From the IMG/VR virus record IMGVR_UViG_3300025133_000055, positions 23,146 through 87,145 of that record: a stretch of DNA of 64,000 nt; one strand, 5' to 3'. A program made the translations under genes and the position numbers. This document shows positions 1 through 8,756 of this stretch, piece after piece. Positions within the stretch are counted from its first letter, which is position 1. Each line of letters starts with the position of its first letter. The notes under the pieces are model-generated. The model ran no database searches, was not told where the DNA came from, and saw only the letters and a program-made list of their open reading frames with translations. The DNA is from a virus.

Positions 1-183
1 AAGCCATATTGGATTATTGAGGTTGTTGATGATACAAATGCTTTAACAAAAATTCGTTGCTGGGGAGTCAAAGACCACGATAGAATTCATGTTAATAAGC
101 CATATATGGCAAAGTTAGAGTATAATGAGAAGTGGGGATTTTCAACTCGAAGTCTCCGAAGAAATTTTAGAATCTTGGCATAG
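1..183 (+). CDS. 3' end of a gene entering the window; possibly the C-terminal OB fold of a DnaE-type DNA polymerase
   Basis: Frame 1 is open from base 1 to TAG 181-183 (KPYWIIEVVDDTNALTKIRCWG...YNEKWGFSTRS). The beta-strand pattern is OB-like; the identity is a guess. Confidence 0.35.
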   Translation, partial: KPYWIIEVVDDTNALTKIRCWGVKDHDRIHVNKPYMAKLEYNEKWGFSTRSLRRNFRILA

Positions 184-191
184 GAGAGCAA

Positions 192-1193
192 GTGTCTTTA
201 TTTGTTGATGTAATCGTTGGCGTCCAATACGGTGACGAGGGGAAAGGAAAGGTTACTCACCACCTTTTAAAAGATGGGGATTATACACACTGTGTCCGTT
301 ACAACGGTGGATGCAATGCTGGTCATACTATTTACCATAATGGTGAAAAGTTTGTGACGCACCACATTCCAGCCGGCGTGTTCTTTGGTGTGAAAAGCAT
401 CATCGGGCCCGGTTGTGTTGTTGATGTTCACAAGTTCTTTGCAGAGATTAAAATGCTCAAAGAAGCTGGTATAGATGTAACTAACAAAATATACATTGCG
501 AGAAACGCCCACATGATAAAAGATGAACACTGTGAGGCCGACCGCAAAGAGACAAAGCTCGGCACAACAAGGACTGGCAATGGCCCCTGTTATGGGGATA
601 AGTACGGCAGAAATGGGATGAGGGCAGAGAACTTATCAGTGCTTGAAGACTATCTTATAGATATGTATGAGGAGTTTTATTTTCATAATCCTGATGCCAT
701 TGTTCTTTGTGAGGGCGCCCAAGGATTTGGGCTTGACATCGATTGGGGAGACTACCCCTACGTTACGAGCAGTCATTGCACGAGCGCCGGCGCACTGTTG
801 AATGGGTTCCCTCCGCAGTCCGTAAGGAGGGTCTATGGTGTAGCGAAAGCATACGAAACCTATGTTGGTTCAAAAACCTTCCAGCCCAAAAATCCCATAT
901 TTGAAACTTTACAAGAAGCGGGACAAGAATATGGAGCCACGACGGGAAGGAAAAGGCAGTGTGACTGGATGAGCTTGCACGATTTGGAAAAGGCAACACA
1001 GCTAAATGGAGTTACTGATTTGATTATCAACAAGATGGATGTGCTCCAAGAGGTCGGCTCTTGGAAAGTTTATGTTGATAGAGGAAAGTATAGTTTGTTT
1101 TCTTTTCAAGATAAAGAGGAGTTTTGTGATTTTATTAAAGTTTATTTTAAAGATGTAAATGTCACTTTTTCTGACAATCCGCATACCATTTGA
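192..1193 (+). CDS. purA: Adenylosuccinate synthetase (short form)
   Basis: GVQYGDEGKGK P-loop, GGCNAGHT, EGAQG, YPYVTSS and EYGATTGRKR motifs. Confidence 0.96.
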   Translation: MSLFVDVIVGVQYGDEGKGKVTHHLLKDGDYTHCVRYNGGCNAGHTIYHNGEKFVTHHIPAGVFFGVKSIIGPGCVVDVHKFFAEIKMLKEAGIDVTNKIYIARNAHMIKDEHCEADRKETKLGTTRTGNGPCYGDKYGRNGMRAENLSVLEDYLIDMYEEFYFHNPDAIVLCEGAQGFGLDIDWGDYPYVTSSHCTSAGALLNGFPPQSVRRVYGVAKAYETYVGSKTFQPKNPIFETLQEAGQEYGATTGRKRQCDWMSLHDLEKATQLNGVTDLIINKMDVLQEVGSWKVYVDRGKYSLFSFQDKEEFCDFIKVYFKDVNVTFSDNPHTI

Positions 1194-1218
1194 GAAAAAC
1201 AGACATAGTTACCCGTAG

Positions 1219-1383
1219 ATGGGTAAAGAGTGTACCAATTGCGAGGAACTGAAGAGAGAGATAAAAGATCTCCGAAGAAGGCTGGAAGAAGCTCAAAAGA
1301 ATTTGCAACAAGCAAAAATTCAAAGAGATGCTATAAAGTCTGTTCTAAATATTTATCGCGATTGGGGAAGGTTACCAGAATAG
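1219..1383 (+). CDS. Small coiled-coil protein (54 aa), not in the ORF track
   Basis: MGKECTNCEELKREIKDLRRRLEEAQKNLQQAK...; fills the gap between purA and the Smr gene. Confidence 0.5.
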   Translation: MGKECTNCEELKREIKDLRRRLEEAQKNLQQAKIQRDAIKSVLNIYRDWGRLPE

Positions 1384-1394
1384 GGAACTTTAAT

Positions 1395-1613
1395 ATGGAA
1401 TGTTTGGACCTACACGGAATACATTATGATGAGGCTGAGTTTATTATAGAGAAGTTTATATCAGATAATTTTGATAGGCTTCCAATAAAAATAATAAGCG
1501 GACATTCCAGAGCCTTTTCTGATCTCATCAAAGAGGTTGTCGATTGTCACGATCTTGAGTGTCACAAAGAAATGTGGTTCAACGACGGCTGCTGGGTAAT
1601 CACAGATTTTTAA
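1395..1613 (+). CDS. Stand-alone Smr (small MutS-related) domain protein
   Basis: LDLHG...EA...IISGHS signature; ATG 1395 follows GGGA and is a more likely start than 1230. Confidence 0.75.
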   Translation: MECLDLHGIHYDEAEFIIEKFISDNFDRLPIKIISGHSRAFSDLIKEVVDCHDLECHKEMWFNDGCWVITDF

Positions 1614-1622
1614 AAATAATGC

Positions 1623-1651
1623 TTGACAACAAGCGATAAAAATGTTATATT
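1623..1651 (+). promoter_or_regulatory. sigma70-type promoter for the R-M pair
   Basis: TTGACA-17 nt-TATATT. Confidence 0.6.
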
Positions 1652-2505
1652 ATATAGAGAAAGGGGAGTTTGCTTTGCTAAGTGAGAATTGTGTGAAGAA
1701 GAGTGCAGGCGAGAAAGGAAGATCCGAAGGGTATGACTATGAGAGGCAACTTGTGGATGCCTTCAATAATATTATTCCCGGCATTGCAACTGAAGCACAG
1801 CAGTCTGTGTTGTCTAAGTTTGAACGAAGGACGATATCGAAGGCAGATATCAATGTCGCCGGACAACCGGTAAGCATCAAGAATCCGGGAAGATCTAGCT
1901 CTTCTATTCAAATTATGGTAACCGCAGCGGAGAACTTTTTCCTTTCTCTTGGTGTGAGTCCGGAAACGATGAACGCTTTTAATTTGTTTTTTGGCTTGGG
2001 AGACGGCTTCTCTAGCCTTCTGGAGGAGAACTCTATCGATAGACACACCTTGGATTGGGACAGTGAGTCTCGCCGCCAAAGGTTGAAATATGGTAGCCTA
2101 CCGCAGGATTCACAGGATTCTCTTTTATCTTTTCTCAACAAAAACAAGAGAGAAATTGTAGAGGTTGTATTTTCTCATGGGTGGGCAAAAGATTCCGAAT
2201 ATCATGCAAGTAAGATGATTTGGTGCAATTCGTCTGTCTCTGGAAAGAGTAATGTAGACAATCTATGTCTCTTCGATATGGAAGAGGTGATTGATAAAAT
2301 CTGCCAATATGAGTGGAGTGTTCGACCCAGCGAAACGGTGGTTGAACTGGGTCCGCTGACTCTCCAAATGAAGGGGTCGGGAAAGGGCAAGTCATATCAC
2401 TATCCGCAGTTCAACACTTCTCTTAACGATTTGCGAAAATTTGGAATCAATTGTGTTGAGGGGGATTACAAACAAATACTAGAAACCATCGCGGGGTCAA
2501 ATTGA
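1642..2505 (+). CDS. Putative type II restriction endonuclease, PD-(D/E)xK fold (true start probably near 1675)
   Basis: E..L...F, KADI...VSIK and LQMKG..QF motifs resemble HinP1I/MspI-like enzymes; overlaps the C5 methyltransferase start. Confidence 0.55.
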   Translation: MLYYIEKGEFALLSENCVKKSAGEKGRSEGYDYERQLVDAFNNIIPGIATEAQQSVLSKFERRTISKADINVAGQPVSIKNPGRSSSSIQIMVTAAENFFLSLGVSPETMNAFNLFFGLGDGFSSLLEENSIDRHTLDWDSESRRQRLKYGSLPQDSQDSLLSFLNKNKREIVEVVFSHGWAKDSEYHASKMIWCNSSVSGKSNVDNLCLFDMEEVIDKICQYEWSVRPSETVVELGPLTLQMKGSGKGKSYHYPQFNTSLNDLRKFGINCVEGDYKQILETIAGSN

Positions 2506-3614
2506 AAGCATTATCTCTATTTGCAAATGTGGGTATCGGAGAGACTTATTTTTCCGAAGTTGGGATAGAGGTGGTAGTTGCCAATGAGTTGGAAAAAGAT
2601 CGAGCAGAGTTTTATCAGGAGCTATATCCAAAGTCCAAGATGATACATGGCTCTATTGTAGATTCGGAAGTTTATGAAAGAGTCATCGAGGAAGCCAAGA
2701 ATCATAATGTTGAATTAATTTTTGCAACCCCACCCTGCCAAGGTATGAGCATCGCCAATGCCAAACGCGCAGAGAGAGATGATCCTCGAAATTCTTTAAT
2801 TAAAAGAGTAGTTGGTGCGGTGCATGAATTGAATCCTAAGTATGTTTTGATTGAAAATGTGGCGGGAATGGCTAGTGAAAAAACTTTCATCTTGGATAAT
2901 TCTGGTAACCAGACAAATATTATGCCCTATATTGAGTCAGAACTTGGCGATAAATATGAAGTGAGGTATAAGGTGCTTAATGCCGCCGACTTCGAGACTC
3001 CACACTACAGGAAGAGACTGATTACTTTATTGTCTAGAAAAGACTGCGAACTGTGGGAGCATCCTGTTCCCAACGAAGACCACATAACAGTTCGAGATGT
3101 CATCGGCGACTATCCTTCTTTAGAGTCTGGACAATCTTCGCCTATCAAGTGGCACTCAATGGAGCATAAGATTCATAATGGCAACCACATCGAATGGATC
3201 TCGAATACCCCCACGGGCAAATCAGCTTTCGATAACGAAGTCCACTATCCAAAGACCATCGATAAAGAGACTGGGCTATTGAGGAGAATCAAAGGCTTCA
3301 AGACAACCTATAAGCGTATCGATTGGGACAGGCCAGCACCTACTGTAACAATGATGAACGGTAGTATTAATAGTCAAAACAATTGCCATCCCGGAACCAA
3401 AAAAGAAGACGGCACATATTCAGATGCAAGAGTCCTGACCATCAAAGAATTGTTAGCTGTCGTTGGCTTGCCTCTTGATTGGGTCGACCATTTGGATCAT
3501 ACACAGAAGAGGGAAAACTTCTTGAGAAAAGTAATTGGAGAATGTTTCCCACCCAAGATGTCTCTAAACATCGTAAAAGTAATTCCAGCAAAAAAATACC
3601 TTGACATAGAATAG
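2502..3614 (+). CDS. DNA (cytosine-5)-methyltransferase
   Basis: SLFANVG motif I variant, catalytic PPCQ, ENV, R-x-R, R.LT..E and C-terminal motif X (IGECFPP). Confidence 0.93.
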   Translation: MKALSLFANVGIGETYFSEVGIEVVVANELEKDRAEFYQELYPKSKMIHGSIVDSEVYERVIEEAKNHNVELIFATPPCQGMSIANAKRAERDDPRNSLIKRVVGAVHELNPKYVLIENVAGMASEKTFILDNSGNQTNIMPYIESELGDKYEVRYKVLNAADFETPHYRKRLITLLSRKDCELWEHPVPNEDHITVRDVIGDYPSLESGQSSPIKWHSMEHKIHNGNHIEWISNTPTGKSAFDNEVHYPKTIDKETGLLRRIKGFKTTYKRIDWDRPAPTVTMMNGSINSQNNCHPGTKKEDGTYSDARVLTIKELLAVVGLPLDWVDHLDHTQKRENFLRKVIGECFPPKMSLNIVKVIPAKKYLDIE

Positions 3615-3629
3615 ATAATGAGTTATAAT
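3601..3629 (+). promoter_or_regulatory. sigma70-type promoter
   Basis: TTGACA-17 nt-TATAAT. Confidence 0.75.
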
Positions 3630-3662
3630 ATAAGAACAAAACAAACAATAGGAGTCACTACC

Positions 3663-3974
3663 ATGATGAGTGGTTATGAAATTTTTGAAAATGTAGTTGG
3701 AATTCATGCAGAGGAAAATGATGAGGAGGTGAACATAAAAGAGCAGAAGATGCTTGAGTATGTTCGTAGTCTCAAAACTCTAGAAGATGCGATGGAGCCT
3801 TACAAAGAACAAAAGCGAGAACTCAAGAAAGAGTTTAAGGATCAGGGCTGGTTGTCCGGAGATGAAATCTCGATGACGGTAAAGGCCTATCGCATGATGA
3901 GCACAAAAGACTTTGACTTCGATGAATTTACACAAGTTTATGAATCACTTGCCAAAGTGGCGGGGAAGATATAA
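3663..3974 (+). CDS. Small helical protein resembling T4 DsbA/GapR-type dsDNA-binding proteins
   Basis: GGAG RBS before ATG 3663; coiled-coil pattern LKTLEDAMEPYKEQKRELKKE..G. Confidence 0.4.
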   Translation: MMSGYEIFENVVGIHAEENDEEVNIKEQKMLEYVRSLKTLEDAMEPYKEQKRELKKEFKDQGWLSGDEISMTVKAYRMMSTKDFDFDEFTQVYESLAKVAGKI

Positions 3975-4513
3975 TGATTTTAGAATATTTTAGAACACGA
4001 GGGGATGCCGTCCCCCCAAGCCGAGCTAACCCCTCGGACGCTGGACTGGATGTTCATTTTAATCCAGACGACGGAGAAATAAAAGGAGTTTACCTTGAGC
4101 CAGGAGAGAGCAAGTTGTTCTCAACAGGCTTGAAATTCGGAGTACCTCACGGTTACATGTTGGAGGTCAAGAACCGCAGTGGCAACGCCTCCAAGCGCAG
4201 CCTCCTTGTCGGAGCCTGTGTCATTGACTCCGGTTATGACGGGGAAGTTTTTGTTAATTTACACAATGTTGGTATAGAAACACAATTCATTGAGCGAGGA
4301 ATGAAGATTGCACAGATCGTAATGGTGCCAGTGGTCCACTTCCGAGCCCTTGAGACTTCAAAGGATAATCTATATGATTGGTATCCCATTAGCATGAGCG
4401 ACCGAGGCGATGGTGCACTCGGCTCGACGGACGGAGGTACCGCTGGATCCTCCATTGATCCTTTCGAGGCTCATCCTAGTTCTAGAACTTGGGAAATGGG
4501 AGACGAACTATGA
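3974..4513 (+). CDS. dut: Trimeric dUTPase
   Basis: DAGLD, RSG, VIDSGYDGE, IAQ and RGDGALGST motifs. Confidence 0.95.
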   Translation: MILEYFRTRGDAVPPSRANPSDAGLDVHFNPDDGEIKGVYLEPGESKLFSTGLKFGVPHGYMLEVKNRSGNASKRSLLVGACVIDSGYDGEVFVNLHNVGIETQFIERGMKIAQIVMVPVVHFRALETSKDNLYDWYPISMSDRGDGALGSTDGGTAGSSIDPFEAHPSSRTWEMGDEL

Positions 4514-5004
4514 AGGGGGGTGAGTTAAAAACAATGTTTTCCTCCAAAACTCCCGAATGGGGAACACCGCAAGCATTCTTCGACAAACTTAATAAGAAAT
4601 ATAATTTCACTCTCGATCCTTGTGGAAATAAGAGCAATCATAAGTGTGCTAAATATTTCTCAGTGGAAGAAGACGGGCTCAGTCAGGACTGGGGAGGGCA
4701 TAAAGTATTTATGAATCCTCCGTATGGGAGGGTGATTAAGGAGTGGATCCATAAAGCACATGAAGAAAGTCTAAAAAGAAACACTACGGTTGTGTGCTTG
4801 ATACCAGCCCGAACCGATACGAAATACTGGCACGATTATTGTATGAAACATGCTAAAGAGATTCACTTTGTCAAGGGTCGTCTGAAATTCGAGGGCACTT
4901 CAAATAACTCTGCACCCTTTCCATCGGCTGTTGTAGTATTTAGTTCAGGAAGGAAGTATGTTTTCGGCCATTACCCAATGATATATACGATGGAGAGAAA
5001 ATGA
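4510..5004 (+). CDS. Phage-type DNA N6-adenine methyltransferase
   Basis: EWGTP, FTLDPC, DGLSQDW, catalytic NPPY, LIPARTDT and GRLKF. Confidence 0.9.
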   Translation: MKGGELKTMFSSKTPEWGTPQAFFDKLNKKYNFTLDPCGNKSNHKCAKYFSVEEDGLSQDWGGHKVFMNPPYGRVIKEWIHKAHEESLKRNTTVVCLIPARTDTKYWHDYCMKHAKEIHFVKGRLKFEGTSNNSAPFPSAVVVFSSGRKYVFGHYPMIYTMERK

Positions 5005-6041
5005 AGATACGACAGTGTTTATCTTATGACGATGTTCTTCTCGCGCCTCAGTATTCTGGAGTTACAACGAGAAGAGAGGTAAGCATTGGCTCGGGCCTGG
5101 ATTCGGATTTCCACTTTAGTTTGCCCATCATTTCTTCTCCGATGGATACGATTACCGAAGCCGAGATGTGCGTGTCTATGGCAAGTTATGGTGGCTTGGG
5201 AATCATTCATCGATATAATTCAATTGAAGATCAGGTTGCTATTGTAAAGAAAGCCAAAGAGGTTTTAGAAAAACATGGAAGCCCTCCCATCGCAGCCGCC
5301 GTGGGGATAAGCGATGATTACTTAGAGAGAGCATCGGAACTTTATAATCACGGCGTCCGTGTCTTTTGTTTGGATGTGGCCCACGGCCACCATGTTTTAA
5401 TGGAAGGTGCCCTCCATGCCATCAAGTCTCGCTTCACGGATGCTCACATCATGGCAGGGAACGTGGCCACAAAGGGAGCATTCGAGGATCTCGCTTATTG
5501 GGGGGCGAATTCTATTCGAGTTGGAATAGGGGGAGGCTCCATCTGCTCTACCAGACTTCAAACTGGTCATGGAATTCCCACTCTTCAGTCCATCATAGAT
5601 TGTTCCCATGCGGATATTAGGTGGGAAGTGTCAATGATTGCTGATGGTGGTATAAGAACCAGCGGAGATATTGTGAAGGCACTCGCCGCCGGCGCAAACT
5701 TTGTTATGCTCGGATCCTTATTGGCTGGAACTTCGCAGACACCAGGGAATATTATGACTGGTGCCTCCGGGAAGAAATACAAGGCTTATCGAGGAATGGC
5801 CAGCAAGGAAGCCCAGTATGATTGGAGGGGAAGGCATAGTTCGAACGAGGGGATCTCAACAACAGTTCCCTATCGAGGCAGCGTCATTGAGATCTTACAT
5901 GATTTAATCGGAGGAATTAAGAGCGGCCTTTCTTATTCTGGCGCCAAAGATATTTATGAACTTCAAGCGAAGGCCGAGTTTGTTTTACAAACTGGTGCTG
6001 GTCAGGCAGAGAGTGGCACACATATTTTGGGAAGAAAGTAA
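5001..6041 (+). CDS. guaB: IMP dehydrogenase / GMP reductase family protein lacking CBS domains
   Basis: SPMDT, DVAHG, catalytic Cys loop GIGGGSICST, ADGGI, YRGMAS and SGLSY.GA. Confidence 0.85.
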   Translation: MKIRQCLSYDDVLLAPQYSGVTTRREVSIGSGLDSDFHFSLPIISSPMDTITEAEMCVSMASYGGLGIIHRYNSIEDQVAIVKKAKEVLEKHGSPPIAAAVGISDDYLERASELYNHGVRVFCLDVAHGHHVLMEGALHAIKSRFTDAHIMAGNVATKGAFEDLAYWGANSIRVGIGGGSICSTRLQTGHGIPTLQSIIDCSHADIRWEVSMIADGGIRTSGDIVKALAAGANFVMLGSLLAGTSQTPGNIMTGASGKKYKAYRGMASKEAQYDWRGRHSSNEGISTTVPYRGSVIEILHDLIGGIKSGLSYSGAKDIYELQAKAEFVLQTGAGQAESGTHILGRK

Positions 6042-6371
6042 ATGTCAGATTACGGGAAGAGAGACAAAAGAATATCTTTTATGGATACAGACAAAAGAAG
6101 TGCAGATTTAATGATACGTTTAAAGCACGACGGACTAACTAAGACAAAGTTCTTTAGAATACTTCTAACGGGCTATTTAGAGAGGGACCATTCTATTGTT
6201 GAATTTATTGAAAGATTTAAAGAGAACACAGGAATACAAAGCAAAGCTAAGGCAAAGATTGTCAAAGATCTTGAAGAAAGGGGCGACCAAAATAAGAGAA
6301 AGTTTGGATTGGAAGATAGTGAAATAGAGAGTATTTTTGATATACTTGAGAAAGAGCATCCTGATTTATAA
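6042..6371 (+). CDS. Hypothetical protein (possibly ribbon-helix-helix-like)
   Basis: Starts immediately after the guaB stop; 109 aa. Confidence 0.55.
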   Translation: MSDYGKRDKRISFMDTDKRSADLMIRLKHDGLTKTKFFRILLTGYLERDHSIVEFIERFKENTGIQSKAKAKIVKDLEERGDQNKRKFGLEDSEIESIFDILEKEHPDL

Positions 6372-6453
6372 ATTTCGTGGTTTTTTAGAATTCAAGGAAC
6401 TATTTATAAATGTAAAAACTGCTACTTTTGTGGATTTTTGAGGAGAACATACT

Positions 6454-7332
6454 ATGAGCAAGAAGCAACTGAATGAAGTTCGTCGCTTTATGAAACTGGC
6501 CAATCTTAACGGGAACATTACTTCTAACTTTATTAAGGAAACATATGGCGCAGACTATATGCACGAAGAGGAAGAGATCGAAGATGTAAGTGTGGAGGAC
6601 GAGGGCACTGAAGATGATGTCATGGATCTTGAAGATGTCGGCCTCGAAGATGAGATGGGCCCCCCCGTCGCTGAAATCGAAGGGGGAGGGGACGCCGAAG
6701 AACTCGTTTTAAATATCGTTAACGATATCCAGCAACTTGCATCTCTCGCTGGTGTTGATGTTGATGTCGAGGGCGACGAGGCAGTTGAAGATGATGTGGA
6801 CATGGACATGGATATAGACATGGAAATGGGCCCCGACGATGAAATGGACATCGAGGGCGATATCGAATTAGACACAGAAGAACCTGCGGAAGAAACCCTT
6901 GAAGAAATGATCAATGCCATCTTGGCAGAAGATCCTAAAGGAACTAAGAAAGGTGCCCCCCGAAAAACTGCTCGACGAGCTTACGAAAAGGAAGAGCTTG
7001 AAGAAGAAATAAGTGACGAAGATATCGACGGCTGGTTGAAGGGAGAGAGGGAGATGCCCAGCAAACAACAAAGCGATGACGACGATCTGGCGAAACTCCA
7101 AGCAAGAGCAGCAGAGGAGGATGCGCCAGAAGATAAGGGCCGCACCAAGCCGCACCGACGCGCCAAACGACCCCCACGCAGCGGCACACCCCTAAAGGGA
7201 GTTGCCCCTCAAAACGAATCAGTTCAAATTCTTGACGACGAAAAGCTTATTCAAGAGGTTACAAAGAGAGTTAAAAAACGCCTTGCTAAATATGCAAGGG
7301 CCCAAAAACGCCAACGACGCCAACGACGATAG
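6454..7332 (+). CDS. Highly acidic low-complexity protein; possible prohead core/scaffold-like late protein
   Basis: D/E-rich core with many LxE/IxE sites and basic termini; AACTATTTAT motif at about 6398 and GAGGAG RBS. Confidence 0.5.
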   Translation: MSKKQLNEVRRFMKLANLNGNITSNFIKETYGADYMHEEEEIEDVSVEDEGTEDDVMDLEDVGLEDEMGPPVAEIEGGGDAEELVLNIVNDIQQLASLAGVDVDVEGDEAVEDDVDMDMDIDMEMGPDDEMDIEGDIELDTEEPAEETLEEMINAILAEDPKGTKKGAPRKTARRAYEKEELEEEISDEDIDGWLKGEREMPSKQQSDDDDLAKLQARAAEEDAPEDKGRTKPHRRAKRPPRSGTPLKGVAPQNESVQILDDEKLIQEVTKRVKKRLAKYARAQKRQRRQRR

Positions 7333-7404
7333 CATAATTTATAAAGCAATACCTCGGCAATGTGGAGTGCATAGACCGAGGTATTTGTGCATTTGGAGTA
7401 GTAA

Positions 7405-7788
7405 ATGTTAAATCTTATTATAGGAGCACTCCTGGGAATTCTATTATATAGATTCTTCAGTCGTCTCTATGGACCCTCTGTTCCTACTACACTGCTCAAA
7501 GTATCAGAATTTTATTGTTTGCAGCTTTTAATCTCAGCACATGATGATTTAGTCTTTCTAAAAGAAACGAAGGCAAAGACGATGAAAGACTTGAATTTAA
7601 CAGAAAATCAAATAAAGATAGCAAAAAATATAGAAGAGGCTCGTATCAATAGGTGGAAGCACGACTCCATTCAACAACTCTTATTACGATATCCAGCCTC
7701 GTTTTTAACAACGGTGGAATACCATGATTGGAACTCTGCTATGAGCTACTTGGAAAAAATAATAAAAAGACTTGACAAACCTTCTTGA
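7405..7788 (+). CDS. Hypothetical protein with N-terminal membrane anchor
   Basis: Hydrophobic N-terminus; GGAG RBS. Confidence 0.55.
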   Translation: MLNLIIGALLGILLYRFFSRLYGPSVPTTLLKVSEFYCLQLLISAHDDLVFLKETKAKTMKDLNLTENQIKIAKNIEEARINRWKHDSIQQLLLRYPASFLTTVEYHDWNSAMSYLEKIIKRLDKPS

Positions 7789-7800
7789 AACAGATATACT
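7772..7800 (+). promoter_or_regulatory. sigma70-type promoter
   Basis: TTGACA-17 nt-TATACT. Confidence 0.65.
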
Positions 7801-7824
7801 TATAATAGAAGGGGGAATTTGTAA

Positions 7825-8202
7825 ATGAATGCTACAGCGTGGAAACACACTAAAGACATCGACGGAGTAATCTATGCTATTCAAATCGATGGTATAAAGG
7901 GAAAGAGAAATGAAAGTAATCTTTTAAAGGAATTAAAAGATTGGAAGAGCTTCGGAGAAGGATATGACCCTACAAAAAAAGCCAGAACATTAATGTTTAA
8001 AAAGATATTTTCCAGCGACACAGATTGGAAAAAGTGGGCCCGAACATTTCCTTATATTTTAGTGGAGATTGGTTCTGTTAGTGGAAAACCCAAGCCCTAT
8101 AAACTGGGGTTAGAGTATATTAAATCTAAAGAAAAGGGGAGCAAGAAAAATGTCAGAAAAAATGTCAGAAAAAAACAAAGAGGAAGAAAAAGCACCAAGT
8201 GA
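7825..8202 (+). CDS. Hypothetical basic protein
   Basis: Downstream of a promoter and G-rich RBS. Confidence 0.55.
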   Translation: MNATAWKHTKDIDGVIYAIQIDGIKGKRNESNLLKELKDWKSFGEGYDPTKKARTLMFKKIFSSDTDWKKWARTFPYILVEIGSVSGKPKPYKLGLEYIKSKEKGSKKNVRKNVRKKQRGRKSTK

Positions 8203-8725
8203 GGATCTGAAACCTCCTGAGCCACGAGCTATTGGAATATTCAGCGATATTAATGAAAAGAAATCAGAAGATATAGTTTATGCCCTCAAATTATATACCG
8301 CTGATTCCAAAGAAGATATAGATTTCTATATTTCAACTAGCGGGGGTTCTGCTGCTGATATGTTTGCCATCTATGATTTCATGCGGGAGACGCGGGAAAA
8401 ATTAGATATTGTAACCCACGGATTGGGGAAGGTAATGTCGGCTGGTATTTTGCTGCTTGCGGCCGGAACAAAAGGGAAGAGAAAGGTAGGGAAGCATTGC
8501 AGAGTGATGATTCACACGGTTGTTGGTGCCAATGCTGGACCCTTTCATGAACTAGAAAATGAAATGTGCGAAATTCAACACATACAAAATATGTATATAC
8601 AGGCCCTATGTTTAGAAACAAAACTTACAAAGAAGAAAATAAGAGCATTATTTGCAAAAAATGTAAATGTTTATCTGTCGGCAGAAGAAGCAGTTGAATA
8701 TGGCATAGCCGACATTATTGTATAG
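8150..8725 (+). CDS. clpP: ClpP-family protease subunit (copy 1)
   Basis: YISTSGGS, MSAG (Ser), RVMIH (His) and LSAEEAVEYGIAD; the triad Asp position appears to be Asn. Confidence 0.88.
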   Translation: MSEKMSEKNKEEEKAPSEDLKPPEPRAIGIFSDINEKKSEDIVYALKLYTADSKEDIDFYISTSGGSAADMFAIYDFMRETREKLDIVTHGLGKVMSAGILLLAAGTKGKRKVGKHCRVMIHTVVGANAGPFHELENEMCEIQHIQNMYIQALCLETKLTKKKIRALFAKNVNVYLSAEEAVEYGIADIIV

Positions 8726-8756
8726 AATAACAAGATATTGAGGACTAATTATTAGT

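Noticed and set aside
192-1193. PurZ (2-aminoadenine DNA pathway)
   Set aside because: The motif is GDEGKG with the catalytic Asp of PurA, not the Ser-containing PurZ variant.
1230-1394. N-terminal extension of the Smr ORF (and similar extensions at 36111, 40938, 48523, 48884)
   Set aside because: Better downstream starts coincide with RBSs or family leaders, and the extensions overlap other genes.
6555-7189. Ser-rich minus-strand ORFs
   Set aside because: Antisense shadows of the D/E-rich 6454-7332 gene. The same applies to most minus-strand ORFs in the track.
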